Both the position numbers and the translations under genes were made by a program. Source: Salinispira sp. (GTDB lineage Bacteria; Spirochaetota; Spirochaetia; DSM-27196; Salinispiraceae). From it: 64,000 nt of DNA. Below, in pieces: positions 1 through 10,000 of the stretch (positions are counted from its first letter, which is position 1; the number at the start of each line of letters is the position of its first letter). A model generated the notes under the pieces. The model ran no database searches, was not told the origin of the DNA, and saw nothing but the letters and a program-made list of their open reading frames with translations. The DNA lies in contig CBDDDG010000014.1 of the NCBI GenBank assembly GCA_965226555.1, forward strand, positions 128,001-192,000. Reading direction: 5' to 3'.

Positions 1-1503
1 AACAGGGCAATTTCCGACATACACCAACCGCAGACAATTGACGACATTGAACGTGCGCGCAGACGCCTCGCCTACGGTGAACTGAGCCGGCTCTATCTCA
101 ACCAGCAACGCGCAATGCTCCGCCCGCCCCGGAACCCCGCCGACATACCCGCCGACATACCCGCCGCTGCTGGTCTGTCCCGTTTTCAGCAGGCCCTTGT
201 TGCCTCCCTTCCATTTGAACTTACGGCAGATCAGAATGCCTGTGTTGGTGAAATTAACAGAGATCTGGAGCAGGACTCCGGTATGTATCGCCTCCTTCAG
301 GGCGATGTTGGAAGTGGGAAGACCCTTGTTGCGCTTCTGGCTGCCCTGAAAGTTGTGGAGGCAGGCGCTCAGGTTGCCTTCATGGTTCCGACCGAACTCC
401 TTGCTCATCAGCATGAAGCAAAAATTCGTTCACTCCTCAGTGCCCTCGCCGCCCCCGCTGATGTTCCGCCCGCCCAGTCCCCTTGTGCGGATCTTTCCAA
501 CTCAGTCGGACTCTTCATTGCCGCCATGAAGAATAATGATCGTAAAAAGGAAGAGGAGCGTATGCGCAGCGGACAGGCGGGAATGTGGATTGGAACCCAT
601 AGCCTTTTCGGAGAAAAAGTCGATTTTGCCAATCTCCGACTGGTAATAATTGATGAGCAGCATCGTTTCGGGGTCCGGCAGCGTGAACTGCTTCGCAATA
701 AGGGACCTGTTTGCGATGTTCTTATGCTCAGCGCAACTCCTATACCTCGAACACTCATGCTCAGTTTCTTCGGCAATATGAGCGTTTCAACCATACGGAG
801 CATGCCCGAGGGTCGGCTCCCCATAAAAACACACCTTGCGCTCATGGGCAGGGAAGAAAAGGTATATTCTGCGGTCGCCGGACAACTCGCCTGTGGAAGG
901 CAGGCCTATTTTGTCTATCCGCGGATAGAGGATACGGCGGAATCCCCATCAGAGTCCCCATCAGAGTCCCCAACGCAGTCCCCATCAGAATCTCCAACAC
1001 ATACCCTCAAGAGCACTGAAAACATGTACCGCGAGCTACAACAGCGCTTCAGTGAATATACTATTGGGATGGTGCATGGAAAACAGAGTCTGGAAAAGCG
1101 GCGGGAGACAATGCGCTCCTTCGTTCGGGGCGACATTCATGTTCTGGTTGCCACCACCATTATTGAGGTGGGGGTAGATGTTCCGAATGTTTCTGTCATT
1201 GTTATAGAACATGCCGAACGTTTCGGTCTTGCCGCGCTCCATCAGCTGCGGGGACGGGTGGGGCGCGGAACATATCAAAGTTACTGCTATCTCATATACG
1301 ATACCGCTGTGAGCAACGAAGGAAAACAACGCCTACGGGTGATGAAGGAACATACTGACGGCTTTGAACTTGCCGAAGAAGACCTCAAAATACGCGGCCC
1401 CGGCAACATTGTTGGTTTGGAACAGTCCGGATATCTGAATCTTGAATTTGCTTCGCTCTATCGGGATATTGACCTCATGGAGAGCATTTTGGGCAGAAAT
1501 TAG
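1..1503 (+). CDS. recG: ATP-dependent DNA helicase RecG (5' end outside window)
   Basis: Frame open from base 1 (IHQP...ARRRLAYGEL); motifs RLLQGDVGSGKT, IIDEQHRFG, SATPIPRTL, HQLRGRVGRG, DLKIRGPG. Confidence 0.97.
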   Translation, partial: NRAISDIHQPQTIDDIERARRRLAYGELSRLYLNQQRAMLRPPRNPADIPADIPAAAGLSRFQQALVASLPFELTADQNACVGEINRDLEQDSGMYRLLQGDVGSGKTLVALLAALKVVEAGAQVAFMVPTELLAHQHEAKIRSLLSALAAPADVPPAQSPCADLSNSVGLFIAAMKNNDRKKEEERMRSGQAGMWIGTHSLFGEKVDFANLRLVIIDEQHRFGVRQRELLRNKGPVCDVLMLSATPIPRTLMLSFFGNMSVSTIRSMPEGRLPIKTHLALMGREEKVYSAVAGQLACGRQAYFVYPRIEDTAESPSESPSESPTQSPSESPTHTLKSTENMYRELQQRFSEYTIGMVHGKQSLEKRRETMRSFVRGDIHVLVATTIIEVGVDVPNVSVIVIEHAERFGLAALHQLRGRVGRGTYQSYCYLIYDTAVSNEGKQRLRVMKEHTDGFELAEEDLKIRGPGNIVGLEQSGYLNLEFASLYRDIDLMESILGRN

Positions 1504-1592
1504 TAACATACTTGCACAACAGCTCATGTACATTCTATTATGTGAAAAAGTTGTGCTGCTGAATATGTATGCGCGCGTTTCAGTGAGAGAGT

Positions 1593-2312
1593 ATGAATAA
1601 AACGGTTCACATATTTTTTCTTTCTACCTCCGAAGGAATTCCCATTCTCATTCACCCCTTCGACGAAAAGGCAAAAATTCGTTTTACGGAAAACATAGCG
1701 GGGCGTTACGGCAGCAATCCTGAAATTGAAGCCGTGACGCTAGTGCGCAACACTCTGTATACCTGTATTAATCGGGAAATTCAGGAATGGGCCTCCGAAA
1801 AACAGTTTTTCCCCCGCTTCATTGCCTCCCTGCTTGTATTTTTTGTGTTCTTCTTCTTTATGAGCTTTGTTATTCGGGATTTCATTCCGCTTATTGATGA
1901 GCTTCTCGGTTCCACCATTGCCGCGGTAACAACCTACCTTGTTATCGGACGCAGGGGACAGGTGAGCAAGCCGGCGCTTGAGCAGAAAATTATTCTGAAA
2001 AAACGGGTGGATGCCATCCAGTTCACCCAGAGCGGCTTTCTTGTCAATTTTGAGAAAACATTCAGATCAATGTACGATGCGCAGCCCAGCGCCGAACATT
2101 ACGGGGTTCTTCTGGAACACGTATCGGATGCCGCGTGCCGGCTGGAACTCGAACAGCTCGCCAATAGCTTCTCTCTTTCACCGAACAGAATGCAACGGAT
2201 AAAGAAAGCGATGATCAAAGGAACCCTGCCCAAGCTCAAAAAGCCGGAAGAGAAGGTATATATGCTTACTCAGGCTCTGTTACTGGGTCTGAATATTCCC
2301 GATTTGATCTGA
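1593..2312 (+). CDS. Hypothetical membrane protein (two hydrophobic helices)
   Basis: 239-aa ORF with FIASLLVFFVFFFFMSFVI segment; no motif recognised. Confidence 0.75.
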   Translation: MNKTVHIFFLSTSEGIPILIHPFDEKAKIRFTENIAGRYGSNPEIEAVTLVRNTLYTCINREIQEWASEKQFFPRFIASLLVFFVFFFFMSFVIRDFIPLIDELLGSTIAAVTTYLVIGRRGQVSKPALEQKIILKKRVDAIQFTQSGFLVNFEKTFRSMYDAQPSAEHYGVLLEHVSDAACRLELEQLANSFSLSPNRMQRIKKAMIKGTLPKLKKPEEKVYMLTQALLLGLNIPDLI

Positions 2313-3549
2313 AGTTTCTGAAGAACTCTTCCTGCTCAAAAGAGGCAAGCGCTGTCTGCAGCATTTCCTGCGCGGGAGTGAAGGCAGGATCAAGCCCTGT
2401 CTGCGGATCAACAATGCGCCGACAAAGCGCAATGGCCTTCTGATAATTTCTTTCGGAGAAGGCAAGAAGGGCATCAATATACAGCCGGTCGACCTCTTCC
2501 GTAATGAGGGAGCGTCCCTCATCGCCAAAATTGAGAGCTGCCCCCACCGAAAAATTGTCGAAGGAAGAAAATGAGGTGCCGAGGTCTAAAATATAGGTTA
2601 TGAAAAAATTCACCGGTTCAAGATCGATGTTTGCTCCAATGCTGATCCGAGGATTTCCTCCCCGCAGCTCAAACCCGCTCCGAATGGCGAAAAAATCAAC
2701 AAAATTCAGATGCAGGCCCGATGAAAATCCGAACCCCTCGCTTTGTTCAACATCCACAAGATTTATAAGAACATTAATGTCGCTGGAAATAGTCATAAAA
2801 GCCAGAGGCTTCCATGAAAAACCAAGGCGCAGATCGGTGGGAGGAGAAGTGTTCTTTACTGCAGGGCCAACATTCAGCGCGCTGAGTCCGAGAGAAAAAT
2901 TCTTTTCGCGGGACGGGTATGGTTTGAGAAAATTGAAACGGGATAAAAGCCCAATGTCTCCCATGATGCCGGAAATACTCTGATTGGAAACCTCGGGGCT
3001 GAGAACATGGCTGTACAACTCGGGAGGAACGCTCCGGTGTACAAATTTTACATGTATTCCAAGGGAGATTCCCGCGAAATTATAGTTTCTGAAAAAATTA
3101 TACGAGGCATTCGCAATGAATAAAACTTCGGCAGGTGTTGCCGATGCGATCTGCCCTCCAAGGTTATCGAGGGCGGTAAATTCAAAATGGAGAAACTTTG
3201 CCCCAAAACCGTAGCCGAACTGTCCAAGACGCTGGGTGAAGAATAGTGAGTCCAAATTAACATCGCTTATTAAATTTCTATGAAAAAATGCGATCTCGGT
3301 CTTATTGAGGAGGGCGCTTGCGGCAGGGTTCGATTCGAAAAACAGTATATCGTCTGTGTTGGCCATGCTGCTCCGCTGTCCGCCCGAGCTCAGCTCAAGA
3401 ATGGGAAAGATCGTGAGCCCGGTATTGTTCGGGTCTTCGAGGTCCGAAAAGGTTGCGAGCCAGCCATCAATAAAACTCCGATTTTCCTGTGCGGGGAGGC
3501 AGGAAAGAGAGATTATAAGCAGTATAATTATAATGTTTGAGAATCTCAC
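2266..3549 (-). CDS. UPF0164-family (FadL-like) spirochete outer-membrane protein with C-terminal TPR-like helices
   Basis: Signal peptide; DPNNTGLTIFPIL..GG..SMA, FFESNPAASA motifs; alternating beta-strand pattern. Confidence 0.8.
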   Translation of the reverse strand: MRFSNIIIILLIISLSCLPAQENRSFIDGWLATFSDLEDPNNTGLTIFPILELSSGGQRSSMANTDDILFFESNPAASALLNKTEIAFFHRNLISDVNLDSLFFTQRLGQFGYGFGAKFLHFEFTALDNLGGQIASATPAEVLFIANASYNFFRNYNFAGISLGIHVKFVHRSVPPELYSHVLSPEVSNQSISGIMGDIGLLSRFNFLKPYPSREKNFSLGLSALNVGPAVKNTSPPTDLRLGFSWKPLAFMTISSDINVLINLVDVEQSEGFGFSSGLHLNFVDFFAIRSGFELRGGNPRISIGANIDLEPVNFFITYILDLGTSFSSFDNFSVGAALNFGDEGRSLITEEVDRLYIDALLAFSERNYQKAIALCRRIVDPQTGLDPAFTPAQEMLQTALASFEQEEFFRNFRSNREYSDPVTEPE

Positions 3550-3563
3550 TACGTATCATTATA

Positions 3564-3703
3564 ACAAAGTTTTGCAAAATGCAAAACTTTCTATAAAATA
3601 GAAGAATGCTCAGCACAAAGAAAGCATTCCAGACGGACGCATGGGCGAGCAGGAGGCGCAGCCTCCGACCAGCCCTCGGAAACTTTTGCAATGCAAAAAT
3701 TTC
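3564..3703. repeat. Modular hairpin element, full four-module copy
   Basis: acaaagttttgc-aaaat-gcaaaactttc; gaatgct..agcattcc; GC module acgcatgggcgagcaggaggcgcagcctccgaccagccc; gaaacttttgcaatgcaaaaatttc; modules recur elsewhere in window. Confidence 0.9.
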
Positions 3704-6700
3704 TCTGATACTTTTATTCTTCTGCATATGCGGAGTTCTCTACGCGGGCGGTCAGTCTGAGGCATTCCGTGAAGCCTCCATGCTCATAAACCTTCCGGCC
3801 GATACCGAGGAAGAGCGCAGGGAGAACAATAGGAAAGCTGCCGATATTATTGAGCGGAATATAGCCGACATTCGTGCGGATCAGACGGACCCTGCCGTCG
3901 GGAATTCCGAGCGCCAGCTTGTCGATCTCAAATTTCTCCTCATTGATGCATACTTTAATTTCAGGTACTATGGTGATGCCATACGGGTTATCGCCGATAT
4001 TCTGGAGAATCATAGTGAACATTATGATGAGGCTTATGGCAAATTTCAGTTGATTCGCAATGAACGCGACCGCTTTAGCGAATTTCTCGCCTTTTTCATA
4101 GAGGAAATTCAAAAAGACCCCAACGATCCGGTGGACCCTCTGGACGAAGAAAAGGCACTGGAATATCTGCTGGAAGCAGAACGAAGCAACTCCGCAAACG
4201 ATGCGGATATGGCGAACCTGCTCAGGGAAAACAAACAGCTCATAAAATTGGCGATTGACCGCGGCTACCGCGATCTCATTCTTCAGACTGCTCATAGGCG
4301 TATACTTGAGGGCAATTTTATCGCAGCAATGAATCAGTATGTGGATATTAGTAATATTGAAACACGGGGTCGTTACCAAAGGAGTTTTGACCTTCGGTGG
4401 GATGAGTTTCTCGAATTGGAATTACCGGATAGCTTTATAAATGATATTGAATCTCTGCATGAACAGGTGGAGATATTCATTGGCGATTTTGCCGATGTGG
4501 CTGCGCGTATTGCAGGGGAGGTTCCTGCGGCCATTGCTGCTGTTGACAATGCCGTTGTTGCCAATGCTGTTGTTGCCAATTTCCAGACCCTTCGTGAAGA
4601 AAACCCGGAACTGGGTCTGTTTTTTACGAGCATGGGAGATTTTTTCACCGTGAGATCGCTCATTGAAGCCAGTGCAGTCCGCATTCGGAATTTGCGAGAT
4701 CAATTTACCGCATCTTTCCTCGACGAAGAGGGCAATGTGAATTCGGAATATCTTTTTTATCTTGAGCAATTCATTGCAGGTCCCGCGCAGTTTGAAAATG
4801 AGGGTATTGTTGGGGCGGCTCTTCGTGAAAGCAGTCGGATTATTGATCCATTCAAGGAGTTTCTGATCGCAGGGGTGGAGAATTACTGGAACGGCAGTAC
4901 CACTGCCCTTCGGAATAAATCGATCGATGAGCTCGTGGAATTTCAGGAACTTCTGCAGAACAGTTCCGAACTGGCGCTCATTTTTTTCTCATATAATGGT
5001 CAGGGAACCCGTATAAGCAGGGAGTCTCCGCCGGAGTTTATTGCCTCCCTCCGCCTTGAGGACCAGCAGGATGCCGTAGATATGTTCTTTAAAGGTCTGC
5101 TTATTGATGCGCGGATAGGATTACTGCAACTTTTCAATACCCGCAGCGCTGAATCTCAAACAAATGAATTAGATGAAGAAATTCAGATCGCATTGAATAC
5201 CGAAATCAATTTTCTTGCCGATATTGAAGAATACAGCATTGGCATACAGGAAGGTATGAGAGCATTTGCCGACAGTTTACCGCTCTCGGTTTCGCCGGTA
5301 GAGGACTATATCAATCAGTATATTGCAGACAGGAATGCATTGAGTTGGAAAATATTTAGCCGGGCAACCGCGTATTTTTATCGGTATCTGGAAGATGATC
5401 AGGAGCTCATGCGGGAACTGGATATTCTGGTTGAAAATGCGGTGAATGCGGGGAGAAGGAATCTTGCCGGAATAGAAGCCATACTCACGGTGGGCGATAG
5501 CATTGAGGAATCTATCCGCTACTATCCCGAAGTTGCGCGCGATCATTTTGCCGACGCCCTCAACGGCATACGCGAAATTATCAGCCTGTCAGAAAACATC
5601 ATAAACATCATAAACGTCATAGATCAAAATTCTACCTTCTTAAATGAGGCGCCGATACGCGCCGTATACGATGAACGTAAAATGATCATTACCGAGAAGC
5701 AGCAGTTTCTTGAAGAGATACAGTCCGATTTTGACACCGCATCGGAACAAATAGAAATAGCGGATGCCTTTCTGGCCGATGCCCGTTCATACCGTCTTGA
5801 TTTCACTGCGGCAATTGATCAGCAAAATTACACCGCCGCAAACGCGGCCTTTACCGCCTTAGATAATGCCTATTCTCAATCTCTCAATGTCAACTATCGT
5901 GAAGATGTTCGTAGCGAAAGGGATGATGTTCTGAATGTATTATCTCAGTCGATCGTGAACAGCCTCATTGACACTGCGAACAGAAACAAGACCATTGCTC
6001 TTGAGCAGGTCATTATCGGAATAAACAACCAGGAATACTTTGCTGCCCGTGATGCTCTGACCGATGCCAAATACTGGGACGATCAGCTTCCCACCCCGCG
6101 CGATCCAACGATTATTGCATTTGAAAGCGAAATTGAACGGGCTATTTTGCTTTCCGGCCAGCGGGACATTCCGCCAATTTTCGATTCCCGATATTCCCGA
6201 ATCACCAATGATCTGAATGAGGCAAGCAAGGCCCTTGCCCGAGCGCAATCTGCCTCCGAGAATGGCGACACTTTGGTTCTCCGGCAGGAAATTGAGAAAA
6301 GCAGAAGTTTTATCAGTTCCGTGAGAGATGAAATTCCGGCAAATTTTGAGGTTTCCTTTGTTGAACTTCAGCTTATCCAACTTGAGAGCCCGAGCGGGTT
6401 TGATGATTTTTTTCAGGAGCAGATTGACAATGTTGAGACGCTTGTGTTCGGAGCGAATCAGGAGGGCTTTGGAAGTGGGGAGTATTCCGAATATACCCCT
6501 TTTGAGAAAGATCAGCTCCTTTCCCGTATTGCCGCGCTCAATGAACTCCGCCGGAACAGTCGGCTTGAAGAAATAATTATTGATATTGAGGTTGATCTCG
6601 GGCGGAGGGAGTCTCCTGAAATTGTTGAAGCATTCAGAAGGGCAAATGTTCTTCTGAACAGGGGGGAGACACTTCTTGCGAGCGCGCGGCGGGAATCGAA

Positions 6701-7025
6701 TCCTGTGCGGTATGAGAATCTGGTTAAGCAGTCTCTGGATAATCTCCGCCAGGCGCAGGTTGTTTTTCCGAGGATATCGAGATTACCAGCGCTCATAAGT
6801 GAGGCAGAGTCATTGCTCGGACTCGAAATAACGGTGAGCCTCCCCTTCGATGCGAATCAACTTTTTGAACAGGCTGCAACGCTTTTTGCAAATCAGAACT
6901 TAGTTGAGGCAAAGCGCCTGCTCGATATACTCTGGGCCAATGAGACCTATCGTTCTTATTTCCCGCTCAGGCAACTCATTTCCGAACTATACGATCTTCT
7001 CGGCCAGTCGCTTTCGGGGGTATAG
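3606..7025 (+). CDS. Large acidic alpha-helical exported protein (TPR-like); N-terminus overlaps repeat element
   Basis: 1139-aa ORF; signal-peptide core ISLILLFFCICGVLYA; abuts next gene. Confidence 0.85.
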   Translation: MLSTKKAFQTDAWASRRRSLRPALGNFCNAKISLILLFFCICGVLYAGGQSEAFREASMLINLPADTEEERRENNRKAADIIERNIADIRADQTDPAVGNSERQLVDLKFLLIDAYFNFRYYGDAIRVIADILENHSEHYDEAYGKFQLIRNERDRFSEFLAFFIEEIQKDPNDPVDPLDEEKALEYLLEAERSNSANDADMANLLRENKQLIKLAIDRGYRDLILQTAHRRILEGNFIAAMNQYVDISNIETRGRYQRSFDLRWDEFLELELPDSFINDIESLHEQVEIFIGDFADVAARIAGEVPAAIAAVDNAVVANAVVANFQTLREENPELGLFFTSMGDFFTVRSLIEASAVRIRNLRDQFTASFLDEEGNVNSEYLFYLEQFIAGPAQFENEGIVGAALRESSRIIDPFKEFLIAGVENYWNGSTTALRNKSIDELVEFQELLQNSSELALIFFSYNGQGTRISRESPPEFIASLRLEDQQDAVDMFFKGLLIDARIGLLQLFNTRSAESQTNELDEEIQIALNTEINFLADIEEYSIGIQEGMRAFADSLPLSVSPVEDYINQYIADRNALSWKIFSRATAYFYRYLEDDQELMRELDILVENAVNAGRRNLAGIEAILTVGDSIEESIRYYPEVARDHFADALNGIREIISLSENIINIINVIDQNSTFLNEAPIRAVYDERKMIITEKQQFLEEIQSDFDTASEQIEIADAFLADARSYRLDFTAAIDQQNYTAANAAFTALDNAYSQSLNVNYREDVRSERDDVLNVLSQSIVNSLIDTANRNKTIALEQVIIGINNQEYFAARDALTDAKYWDDQLPTPRDPTIIAFESEIERAILLSGQRDIPPIFDSRYSRITNDLNEASKALARAQSASENGDTLVLRQEIEKSRSFISSVRDEIPANFEVSFVELQLIQLESPSGFDDFFQEQIDNVETLVFGANQEGFGSGEYSEYTPFEKDQLLSRIAALNELRRNSRLEEIIIDIEVDLGRRESPEIVEAFRRANVLLNRGETLLASARRESNPVRYENLVKQSLDNLRQAQVVFPRISRLPALISEAESLLGLEITVSLPFDANQLFEQAATLFANQNLVEAKRLLDILWANETYRSYFPLRQLISELYDLLGQSLSGV

Positions 7026-10000
7026 GTGAGAGCGCTATTCAAAATAATTCCGATCAAAACAATTCCGGTTATACTGTGTTCATTATTCGTGTTTCCCCTA
7101 TTTGCCCAGCAGATCGGCAGCAATTCTATTTTTCTGGAGCCGCCCCGAAACCTTGTGAGCAGCGATGTCCGCTTCCCTGAGGTCATCAGCTTCGATAATG
7201 AAATATATATATTTTATCAGCGGGTTGTGTCAGCACATGGCGCTCAGGAACAGTCGGTACTATACAGAACGAGTAGCGATGGCGATGAATGGTCAGATGA
7301 ACAGGCGATTATTGAGAACATTCCGCTTGCATCTGAGATAGTACCGCCGATTTTTTCAGTTGCCCATAATGCCCAGGAATTGAGTGTTGCTGTTTCTGTC
7401 AGCGATGAATTCAGTGAGATATTTACCTATGCCCGGGGAAGTGAACGATGGTTCCGCGATATCATTGACAGCAACGGAGCCGAATTAATTAGTCCGCAGA
7501 TATTTGCCGCAAGCGGGGGGATAATGTTCTTTGCCTCGCAGAGAACGATCGGCGCAGGCGGCGGTAGCGGTGCAGGCGGCGCAGAGTATAAGAGCATTAT
7601 ATACGCTTTTCGGCCGACTGCAGGATCATTTTCCGCGCCGCGAATTCTGCCGGTTCCCGATGATCAGGAACTTGTGTCGAATCCCTATCTTTTCGAGTAT
7701 CGGAACAGAATGTATTTGGCATATGAGAACCGGATTTTCGATCCGGGCTTCGGTATATCGAATCAGATATATATGACAACAAGTGCCGATATGGGAAACA
7801 ATTGGTCAGCGCCGGTACTGGCAACGGATTTTATCGATGTCAGTGATCGCAGTGATGAAAATATCTCGCAGGTAAGTTATATCAACCAGAACCCGCGTCT
7901 GTATGAAGATAGTGATGGAACCCTTCTCCTGCTCATCGACCGCAACAGGCAGGGGCAGAATACGCGGGTTTCGCTCTCCCGCCTCGATGATTCGGGAAGG
8001 GTCAGAAGGTATCAGAACCGGGAGAATCAGTACATAAGCGATAATACCCGTTCTTCCAGCGCAGGCGGATTTTTCATCTACGGCGGGAGAAAATACATTC
8101 TGTACTATTTCGATACCATCGGCGCAAGTACCATACGTATTGCCAGCGAAGAAAATGGGAATTGGGTTCCCGCGCAAATAAGTTCGGGTTCCGGCATTCA
8201 GTTTCTGCCGCGGGTCGTAAACCACCGTGGACAACTCCACTTTTTCTGGCTCAGAAGGCCGGGTTTCACAGGTCAGACGAGCTCATTGATCTACCGGCAG
8301 CCGGATCAGGTTGTTGCTGTTCCCCGCGTCATTCCCCTGAATTATACTTCGGGAGAAATTACAAACAATCGTGAAGTAGTATATTCCCTGCAATTGCCTT
8401 CCGATCCTTCAGGGCTGGAATCCCTGCATTATAGCTGGACACAGAACGAGAGCCCCCCCGGCAGCGACTTTGTGAATGTCGGGCTGGTAAACCGGCTGAG
8501 TCTTCTTGCGGATCGGGATGGGGCATGGAACCTTTTTCTCTATGTTAAGGATAAGGCGGGAAACCGCTCTCAGAATGTACACAGTATTTACGATATTGAC
8601 ATTACTCCGCCGGCGCCGGTGAGCTTTGAACCAATTCTCACCGATAATGAAGGCTATGTTCCCTCAAACACGGTGAGCCTTAAATGGTTTCAGAATACGG
8701 AAGATAGTATTTCCGGCTACCGTGTTGCTCTTGAGTATCTTGGCCCTGCTGAAGGAATTGCTGCCGAAGGGTCTGTTGCCGAAGAATCTGCTGATGGAGA
8801 GGAGCAGACGGAGCTATACCGGCAAGGCATTTCCGAGGGTATTTTTCCGAACAGTTCTTCGGTGCAGACAGCGAATGTTTTCAGCTTGAAAAATGCCGAT
8901 AACGGCTTGTGGGCTCTTGTTGTGCGCGCTATCGATGAGGCGGGCAATGTTGGTGCGGGCAGCGTTGAATTTCTCCGCCTGAATAAATACATTCCCGTAA
9001 CCCGGCTTGATATTGTAAACATTCGGGAAAATCTTCTGGGAAACTATGAACTGAGTTTCATCGGACGCGGATATACAACAGACGGCATTGTCAGCAGCAT
9101 TGTATTTGACCGCGATGCTCTGGCTCCCTGGGATTATGAGTTTTTTATAACAAACGACGATTATACTATTAATTCCGATCGTCTTATTTCAAACATTGTT
9201 CTTTCCGAAGTTCCGACAGGGGAGTACATTGTGGGGCTTAATCATAGCGATAGGGGAACCTATTTCTATCCTGAACCCCTCTCGTTTGAGACCAACGGGG
9301 CAGTTAAGTTGGGAGCCTATGATCTGTATCTGCCGGAATCTTCCTTCAGCCTCATTGAGAGCATCCGCATGATACCGGTGCGTAATGTTATAGTATTCAT
9401 TGTTGTATTTCTCTTAATATTAATTATCCTTGTAAGCATGTTCAGGATATGGTCGATATTAAAAGATAGCAGGGAACTCGGGGCTGAAATTGAAGCCCTG
9501 ACGGAGGGGCAGGTAAGTCCTGCTGCTAGGCACATGCAAGAAAGGATTACTGCCATGCAGAAACGCGGCCTCGGCCTACGGATAAAGTTTATCATTTTCA
9601 TTCTCATTCTGGTTACAGCGGTGGTTGCGGTTGTTTCCATCCCCCTGAGTAATTTTATTCTTTCCAATCAGCGGCAGACCCTCGTGCAGGGCTTAGAAGA
9701 CCGTATTCAGATTATGCTTGAGAGCCTTGCGACAGGCGCTGCCGGTGAACTTAACAGTAACAATGTTATTAATATCATCCGCGGACTTGCCCAGCTCAAT
9801 AATCAGGTATCGGCCATGGAGGAAATTGAGTTTATTACCGTAAGTTCCAGACCGAATCCGAACATTCCGGGGCTTGATCAGGAGTCAAGGGAGTATATCT
9901 GGTCAACGAACGATCCCCTTCTCCTTGCCGATGAGCAGGAGCGGGAAGTATATCTGGCAGCGATTAATGAAGCAGACAGAGAGCTTGAGTATTTTCAGCG

